From positions 60,001 through 92,000 of the forward strand of contig NC_007493.2 of the NCBI RefSeq assembly GCF_000012905.2: a stretch of DNA of 32,000 nucleotides. Direction: 5' to 3'. Of the stretch, positions 27,124 through 32,000 are shown piece after piece. Each line of letters starts with the position of its first letter. Position 1 is the first letter of the stretch. The notes beneath the pieces are model-generated. The model was not told where the DNA came from and did not search any database. It saw only the letters and a list, made by a program, of their open reading frames with translations. The stretch is from Cereibacter sphaeroides 2.4.1 (lineage in GTDB: Bacteria > Pseudomonadota > Alphaproteobacteria > Rhodobacterales > Rhodobacteraceae). The position numbers and the translations under genes were made by a program.

Positions 27124-27142
27124 TCCTCCTGATCGGGGAGGA
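27124..27142 (-). promoter_or_regulatory. Possible anti-Shine-Dalgarno hairpin at the ggt-like ribosome-binding site
   Basis: The mRNA reads UCCUCC-CCGAUCA-GGAGGA-UGAC-AUG. The 6-bp stem would sequester the Shine-Dalgarno. Confidence 0.3.
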
Positions 27143-27230
27143 GCCTAGAAGCGTGCGACACATTTTCCAAGGGAGGAACCTCGGCGCCGGAACCGGGTGG
27201 GGGACACGGCCCCGCCGCCGAGGGAAGCGG

Positions 27231-27773
27231 TCAACCGCTACAGGCCCGACCTTCACAGTCGCCTGGGGCGGATTCGCAGCCGGATTCGGGCGAAATTGCG
27301 GTTCTCGGGCAGCGGCATGGCTCTGGCGCCGCGAGGCAGGTGCGGGCGACACGGAAGCTCAGGCGGTTGACCCCGTCCTCGTGGCAGTAGCGGAGTTCCT
27401 CGGCCAGCGCCCGGATCAGCATCCAGCCGAAGCCGCCCTCGCGCAGCGACAGGACCGGGCAGGGCAGGCCGGGCCGCGCTTCGGGCCCCGCCCCCGGCAT
27501 CGGTCGCCCGCGGTCGGCCACCTCGCAGGAAAGCTGCCCGCGCCTGAGGTCGAGGGCCACCTCGACCGGCCCCGAGCGACCCGCATAGGCATATTCGGTG
27601 CAGTTGTTCAGGACCTCGGCCAGCAGGATCTGCGCCGCATCCCGCGTTTCCGAGGGTAGGGCGCGCAGCGGCGGACAATCCGCGAGCTCGGCCAGGGCCG
27701 CGCGCACGGCGAGGGGACGGCTGTCGAGGCGGAGGCCATAGGAGGCGGAGGCCGGGTCTCCCTCAGAGGGCAT
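27231..27773 (-). CDS. Anti-sigma-factor-type serine kinase (RsbW/SpoIIAB-like HATPase) with a 38-aa Cys-rich C-terminal extension
   Basis: N-box ILLAEVLNNCTEYA, G1 ADRGRPMPG and G2 EGGFGWMLIRAL. It overlaps the STAS gene by 11 nt. The tail ARTCLAAPEPCRCPRTAISPESGCESAPGDCEGRACSG has much lower GC3 than the core. Confidence 0.75.
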   Translation of the reverse strand: MPSEGDPASASYGLRLDSRPLAVRAALAELADCPPLRALPSETRDAAQILLAEVLNNCTEYAYAGRSGPVEVALDLRRGQLSCEVADRGRPMPGAGPEARPGLPCPVLSLREGGFGWMLIRALAEELRYCHEDGVNRLSFRVARTCLAAPEPCRCPRTAISPESGCESAPGDCEGRACSG

Positions 27774-28086
27774 CGCTCACCCGCTCGTGGATCGTGAAGA
27801 CCCGGTCCATCCGCGTGAGCCGGAATACCTTGCGCACGACGGGGCCCAGAGCCGCGAGCTCGAGCCTGCGGTCGGGGCCGAGCAGTTTCATCACGGCCAC
27901 CACCGCGCCGAGCCCGCTGCTGTCGAGAAAGGTCACGCACGACAGATCGAGCAGCACCCGAGAGGCGGGCGTATCGACCAACTCGCGCATCCGGTCCTTG
28001 AACTCGATGGCCGCCGCAGCGTCGATCCGCTCTTCCTGCACGCGCACCACCAGCAGGTCACCCCGCACTTCCGTCTCTAGATCCAT
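27763..28086 (-). CDS. STAS-domain anti-sigma-factor antagonist (RsbV/SpoIIAA-like)
   Basis: Start at ATG 28086 after GGGGAG (the 28110 ATG is also possible). LLDLSCVTFLDSSGLGAVV contains the conserved phosphorylatable Ser context. Confidence 0.85.
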   Translation of the reverse strand: MDLETEVRGDLLVVRVQEERIDAAAAIEFKDRMRELVDTPASRVLLDLSCVTFLDSSGLGAVVAVMKLLGPDRRLELAALGPVVRKVFRLTRMDRVFTIHERVSDAL

Positions 28087-28203
28087 GGGCTGCTCCCCTG
28101 TCCGCGGCATAGGCTAGGGCGCCTTCGTTGACATCCGGTAAGCGGCTGCCTTCCGTTCCGCTGCCCGTGCTTCTAATCTGCAGCTTTGGCACCCGGAGGC
28201 TCC

Positions 28204-28656
28204 ATGGATTACGACCAGCTCGACCAGACGATCGAGGCGCTCTGCCACGGCGAGCAGGACACGGTGGCGCTGATGGCCACGGTCGCCTGCGAGATCCACC
28301 ATGCCCATCCGCTGTCGGACTGGACCGGCTTCTACCGCGTCACCGGGCCGGAGCTTCTGAAGATCGGACCCTATCAGGGCGCGCACGGCTGCCTCGTCAT
28401 TCCCTTCTCCCGCGGGGTCTGCGGCGCAGCGGCGCGGACAGGCCGGATCCAGCTCGTGCCGGACGTCGAGGCCTTCCCCGATCACATCGCCTGCTCCTCG
28501 ACCACGCGCTCCGAGATCGTGCTGCCGGTCCGCAACGGCGAGGGGTGGCTGCTGGGCGTGCTCGATCTCGACAGCAACACGCCCGCGGCCTTCACCGAGG
28601 AGGATGCCGCGCGTCTTCAGGCGCTGCTCGACCGCACCTTCCGCGACGCGGTCTGA
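28204..28656 (+). CDS. msrC: GAF-domain free methionine-(R)-sulfoxide reductase (MsrC/YebR family)
   Basis: Start at ATG 28204 after GGAGG. WTGFYRV.....L..GPYQG...C..IPFSRGVCG.AA, and HIACSS..RSEIVLPV with the three family cysteines. Confidence 0.85.
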   Translation: MDYDQLDQTIEALCHGEQDTVALMATVACEIHHAHPLSDWTGFYRVTGPELLKIGPYQGAHGCLVIPFSRGVCGAAARTGRIQLVPDVEAFPDHIACSSTTRSEIVLPVRNGEGWLLGVLDLDSNTPAAFTEEDAARLQALLDRTFRDAV

Positions 28657-28683
28657 TGCGGGGAGGGCTGCCTCTGCGGCGCC

Positions 28684-29046
28684 GTGGCCTTCGAGGCAAA
28701 CCGAGAGATGCCGCCCGTCGTGCCCTGCCATTGCACCCAGTGCCGGAAATGGTCCGGCCACTTCTGGGCGGCAACCTCGGTCGCCATGGCCGATTTCCGG
28801 CTGGTCCGCGACGAGGGCCTACGCTGGTTCCGCGCCTCGGACACAGCAAGTCGCGGCTTCTGCGCCCTTTGCGGCTCGAGCCTTTCCTGGAAGCCCGACG
28901 GCCGCGACCGCATGAGCTTTTCGCCCGGAGCGGTCGACGGGCCGACGGGTCTCGCGACGGGCCATCACATCTTCATGGACGAGGCGGGCGACTATTGCCG
29001 CGTGAGTGACGGCACGCCGCACTATCCCGGAGACGACGAGGCCTGA
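28684..29046 (+). CDS. GFA (glutathione-dependent formaldehyde-activating / CENP-V) family protein; the annotated start is doubtful
   Basis: CHCTQCRKWSGHF, FCALCGSSL. Family homology continues in-frame upstream of the GTG at 28684, back to 28657 (CGEGCLCGAVAFE), with no in-frame start codon there. See the finding on 28654..28710. Confidence 0.7.
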   Translation: MAFEANREMPPVVPCHCTQCRKWSGHFWAATSVAMADFRLVRDEGLRWFRASDTASRGFCALCGSSLSWKPDGRDRMSFSPGAVDGPTGLATGHHIFMDEAGDYCRVSDGTPHYPGDDEA

Positions 29047-29061
29047 GCCCGCCGTCGCCTC

Positions 29062-29322
29062 TCACTCCGAGACGAACTTGTTGAACCGGCTCTGCCCGCC
29101 ATCCTTCGTCTTTTCCTGATGCAGGAAGGACAGTTTGTTCTCGTCGAAGATCCGGAAGAACTCGTCCCAGTCGATCCGGGTCAGGCTGTCCTCGGGCTCG
29201 CCGAAGTCGATGCGCAGGATGCCGCCCTTTCCGCCGGTCTCGACCTTGGCGGGGTGGCCGTCGCGGGCCTCGGCCCATTTGCGGATCTTGTCGTGGTCGC
29301 GGGTGGTGGTGGCTTCGGTCAT
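29062..29322 (-). CDS. Small conserved protein of unknown function, 86 aa
   Basis: Start at ATG 29322 after [29 protein letters not shown]....[47 protein letters not shown] matches a widespread uncharacterised bacterial family as I remember it. I cannot supply a family accession. Confidence 0.7.
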   Translation of the reverse strand: MTEATTTRDHDKIRKWAEARDGHPAKVETGGKGGILRIDFGEPEDSLTRIDWDEFFRIFDENKLSFLHQEKTKDGGQSRFNKFVSE

Positions 29323-29405
29323 GGTGGTCTCCCGATGGACTTCGGGCAAGGAAGCCCGGGCCGAGGGCGATTGTTCCCGTGCGCGGCCTCGGCTATGGGG
29401 CAGGG

Positions 29406-30053
29406 ATGACCGATCTCTATGCCCCGCCGGATGTTCCCCTCTCGCTGATCCATCACGATGCGCAGATCGTGGTGGTGGACAAGCCTGCGGGCCTTCTGTC
29501 GGTGCCGGGCAAGGGCGAGGACAAGGCCGACTGCCTGATCGAGCGGCTGAGGGGCGTCTTCCCCGAGATTCTGCTGGTGCATCGGCTCGACCGCGACACG
29601 TCGGGGGTCATGGTCTTCGCGCTGACCAAGGCCGCGCAGGGCGCGCTCGGCCAGCAGTTCGAGAAGCGGCAGACGAAGAAGATCTATGTGGCGCGCGTCG
29701 CGGGCCGGCTCGAGCCGCGCGAGGGGCGGGTGGACCTGCCGCTCTGCGTCGACTGGCCGAACCGGCCGAAGCAGCATGTGGATCCCGAGAACGGCCGCCC
29801 GGCGCAGACCGATTGGCGCGTCGTGAAATACCTGCCGAAGGAGACGCGGGTGCGGCTGATGCCGGTCACGGGCCGCAGCCACCAGCTCCGGGTGCATATG
29901 GCCGAGACGGGGCACCCGATTCTCGGCGATGCGCTCTATGCCGAGGGGGCGGCGCGCGACTTCCCGCGGCTCATGCTCCATGCCGAGAGCCTGCGGGTGC
30001 GCCACCCCGACACGGGCAAGAGCCTTACCTACAGCGCGCCCTGTCCCTTCTGA
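29406..30053 (+). CDS. RluA-family pseudouridine synthase
   Basis: Start at ATG 29406. [14 protein letters not shown], the catalytic [14 protein letters not shown], and [10 protein letters not shown]. Confidence 0.88.
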   Translation: MTDLYAPPDVPLSLIHHDAQIVVVDKPAGLLSVPGKGEDKADCLIERLRGVFPEILLVHRLDRDTSGVMVFALTKAAQGALGQQFEKRQTKKIYVARVAGRLEPREGRVDLPLCVDWPNRPKQHVDPENGRPAQTDWRVVKYLPKETRVRLMPVTGRSHQLRVHMAETGHPILGDALYAEGAARDFPRLMLHAESLRVRHPDTGKSLTYSAPCPF

Positions 30054-30784
30054 GCGGGCAGCCAGCCGGTGGCCAGCACGCTTTCCCAGTCGGGCCGGCC
30101 GTAGCGGCCGGCGAGGCGGGCGGCCCGGTCGTGGTCGTAGGGGATCTGGCGGAAGGTCACGCGCCAGTCCCCGCCCTTGCTGTCGAGGATCGCGTAGCAG
30201 GCGGCCGGCGTGCCGGACTCGACCCGGTGCGGCACCGGCGCGTCATCCTCGTAGCCCGGGCAGCCGACCGAGCCCGGATTGACCACGAGCCGCCCGTCGG
30301 GCAGCCGCACCGACCGCGCGAGATGGGTATGGCCGCAAAGGATCAGCCGCTCGGTTATGCCGTCCGCGAAGCGCGAAATGCGCTCGAGCGGGCTCGGCGC
30401 CACATGGCCCTCGGGCGTGACGTGATGCAGCCAGTAGATCAGGTCCGAGCCCGGCGTCGCATGGCAGAGGAAGGCGCCGGCCTCGACCCGCGTCGCCGGA
30501 AGGGCCGCCAGCCAGTCCCGCTGCGCCGCCGAGAGCCGCGGCCGCGCGTCGGTCTCCCAGACGGTGCCGCCCTCCGGCTCCACCAGCCAGCGGTCATGGT
30601 TGCCCCGCACCGCAGGCCAGTTTGCCTCCATCAGCAGGTCCGCCGTCCGCTCGACCTCCAGCGGGCCGGAGAGGCAGTCGCCCAGATTGACCACGAGGTC
30701 GGGCGACTGAAGGGCGAGGTCCGCCCTCACCGCTTCCAGCGCATCGGCATTGCCGTGGATGTCGGCGAGGACGGCGAGCCTCAT
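30029..30784 (-). CDS. Metallophosphoesterase family protein (YfcE/MJ0936-like)
   Basis: LADIHGN, LGDCLSGP, RGNHDRW and CGHTHLA. ATGA overlap with the upstream aldehyde dehydrogenase stop. Confidence 0.85.
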   Translation of the reverse strand: MRLAVLADIHGNADALEAVRADLALQSPDLVVNLGDCLSGPLEVERTADLLMEANWPAVRGNHDRWLVEPEGGTVWETDARPRLSAAQRDWLAALPATRVEAGAFLCHATPGSDLIYWLHHVTPEGHVAPSPLERISRFADGITERLILCGHTHLARSVRLPDGRLVVNPGSVGCPGYEDDAPVPHRVESGTPAACYAILDSKGGDWRVTFRQIPYDHDRAARLAGRYGRPDWESVLATGWLPAQKGQGAL

Positions 30785-32000
30785 TCGGCGGCCAGCGCCT
30801 CGGCCTCGGGATCCCAGCCCGAGATGGCCTTGACCTCGAGGAATTCCTCGATGCCCCAGACGCCGCCCTCGCGCGCCCGGCCCGAGGCCTTGACGCCGCC
30901 GAACGGGGCGCCCGCGCCGCGCGACTTGCCGTTCATCTCGACCATGCCCGAGCGGAGGCGGCGGGCAAGGCGGTTGCGCCGCGCCCCGTCCTCGCTCTGG
31001 ACATAGTTCGTCAGGCCGTAGGGCGTGTCGTTGGCGATCCGCACCGCCTCTTCCTCGGTCTCGAACGGCAGGATCGACAGGACCGGCCCGAAGATCTCCT
31101 CTCGCTCGATGGTCATGCCGGGGGTCACGTCGGCAAAGACGGTGGGCCGCACGAAGAAGCCGCGATTGAGCCCGTCGGGTCGGCCAAGGCCGCCCGCCAC
31201 CAGCCGGGCGCCCTCGTCGATGCCCTTCTGGATGTAGGACTGGATCTGCTCGAACTGGCGCTTGTTCACCACCGGCCCGATATGGGGCCCTTCCTCATGC
31301 GCCGAGGCCACGCGGGTCTTCGCCGCCACCTCGGCCGCGATCTCGACGGCGCGATCATAGAGTGGCCGCTCGACCAGCATCCGGGTCGGGGCGTTGCAGC
31401 TCTGGCCCGAGTTGTTGAAACAGTGCTTCACGCCCCGCTCGACCGCGCGCTCGTCGGCATCGGCGAAGATCAGGTTCGCGCCCTTGCCGCCGAGCTCCAG
31501 CGTCACGCGCTTGAGCGACTCGGCCGCAGCCTTCGAGATCGCGCGGCCCGCGCGGGTCGAGCCGGTGAAGGAGATCATCTCGACATCCGGGTGCGAGGAG
31601 AGCTGCGTGCCCACGCCAGCGCCGTCGCCGTTCACGAGGTTGAAGACGCCCGCGGGCAGGCCTGCATCATGGACGAATTCGGCGAAGAGGAGCGAGGAGA
31701 GCGGCGCCTCCTCCGAGGGTTTCAGCACGCAGGTGCAGCCCGCGAGCAGCGCCGGGATGACCTTCAGCGTCACCTGATTCATCGGCCAGTTCCAGGGCGT
31801 GATGAGGCCCACCACGCCGATCGGCTCGAGCGCGATCCGGTCGTTCGGCGCATGCGGGCCGAGCGGGCGCACCCATTCGATCTCCTCGAAGGCCTTGAGG
31901 AAGTTCGTCAGGTGCCACGGCAGGCAGGGCGCCTGACTGTTCCGCGCAAGGTCGATGGGCGCCCCCATCTCGAGGCTGATCGCCTGCGCCATCTCTTCCT
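30781..32000 (-). CDS. NAD(P)-dependent aldehyde dehydrogenase, C-terminal ~405 aa (5' end lies outside the window)
   Basis: The ORF is open to the window edge. ITPWNWP, FTGSTRAG, LELGGKG (catalytic Glu) and NSGQSCNA (catalytic Cys). Confidence 0.9.
   Translation of the reverse strand, partial: EEMAQAISLEMGAPIDLARNSQAPCLPWHLTNFLKAFEEIEWVRPLGPHAPNDRIALEPIGVVGLITPWNWPMNQVTLKVIPALLAGCTCVLKPSEEAPLSSLLFAEFVHDAGLPAGVFNLVNGDGAGVGTQLSSHPDVEMISFTGSTRAGRAISKAAAESLKRVTLELGGKGANLIFADADERAVERGVKHCFNNSGQSCNAPTRMLVERPLYDRAVEIAAEVAAKTRVASAHEEGPHIGPVVNKRQFEQIQSYIQKGIDEGARLVAGGLGRPDGLNRGFFVRPTVFADVTPGMTIEREEIFGPVLSILPFETEEEAVRIANDTPYGLTNYVQSEDGARRNRLARRLRSGMVEMNGKSRGAGAPFGGVKASGRAREGGVWGIEEFLEVKAISGWDPEAEALAAE

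Noticed and set aside
28128-28133. Perfect TTGACA hexamer in the rsbV/msrC divergent region as a -35 element
   Set aside because: The sequence 17-18 nt downstream (TTCCGT or TCCGTT) is a poor -10. A better -10-like TCTAAT at 28168..28173 lacks a good -35. A promoter cannot be called from sequence alone.
1-32000. Scan for tRNA or rRNA genes, CRISPR arrays, IS elements, integrases, phage genes or toxin-antitoxin and defence-island hallmarks
   Set aside because: I could see no cloverleaf-like conserved tRNA arms, no regularly spaced direct repeats, no transposase, integrase or recombinase motifs, and no compositional break. The only clearly AT-richer stretch is the ~270-nt lipoprotein/hspQ intergenic region. 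This was a visual scan only; tRNAscan-SE, Infernal, ISfinder and defence-system HMM tools would be needed to make it definitive.

Overview
This is a very GC-rich window with strong G/C third-position codon bias. It is densely coding, and gene content and order look like the chromosomal core of an alphaproteobacterium, probably Rhodobacterales-like; that attribution is inference from protein similarity only. I support about 31 protein-coding genes. Left to right they are: a 5'-truncated saccharopine-dehydrogenase-family gene; a P1B-4-type (SPC/HEGGT) heavy-metal ATPase; an oppA-oppB-oppC-fused oppD/F peptide ABC importer operon; a decayed thioredoxin-reductase-like pseudogene; a small HIRAN-like hypothetical; a DEAD-box RNA helicase with a repetitive basic tail; a TetR-DUF1428-VOC operon; the conserved cnoX(ybbN)-LON-N-domain-Trm112 cluster; a UbiH-family monooxygenase; an amidase; a DapC-like aminotransferase; ftsK; lolA; a transglycosylase-like lipoprotein; hspQ; a leaderless gamma-glutamyltransferase-family gene; an orphan STAS / anti-sigma-kinase pair; msrC (GAF); a GFA-family gene; a small conserved protein; an RluA-family pseudouridine synthase; a metallophosphoesterase; and a 5'-truncated aldehyde dehydrogenase. 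I found no tRNA or rRNA genes, CRISPR arrays, transposases, integrases or phage genes, and no compositional island. I therefore see no convincing evidence for a novel multi-gene system; this reads as an ordinary housekeeping region. The best second-look items are: (1) a ~50-nt intergenic repeat (GC hairpin plus an invariant 21-mer) at two convergent gene junctions; (2) an unlisted 59-aa hydrophilic ORF with a strong Shine-Dalgarno between the opp operon and the metal ATPase; (3) a flavoprotein remnant with an in-frame TGA exactly where the NAD(P)H domain is missing; (4) a GFA gene whose conserved N-terminal Cys motif lies upstream of any in-frame start codon, next to a G-run; (5) a sigma-less partner-switching pair whose kinase has a 6-Cys tail of atypical codon usage, sitting among thiol/redox genes. 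Many very long ORFs in the supplied track are antisense or out-of-frame artefacts of the GC-rich composition, and I rejected them.
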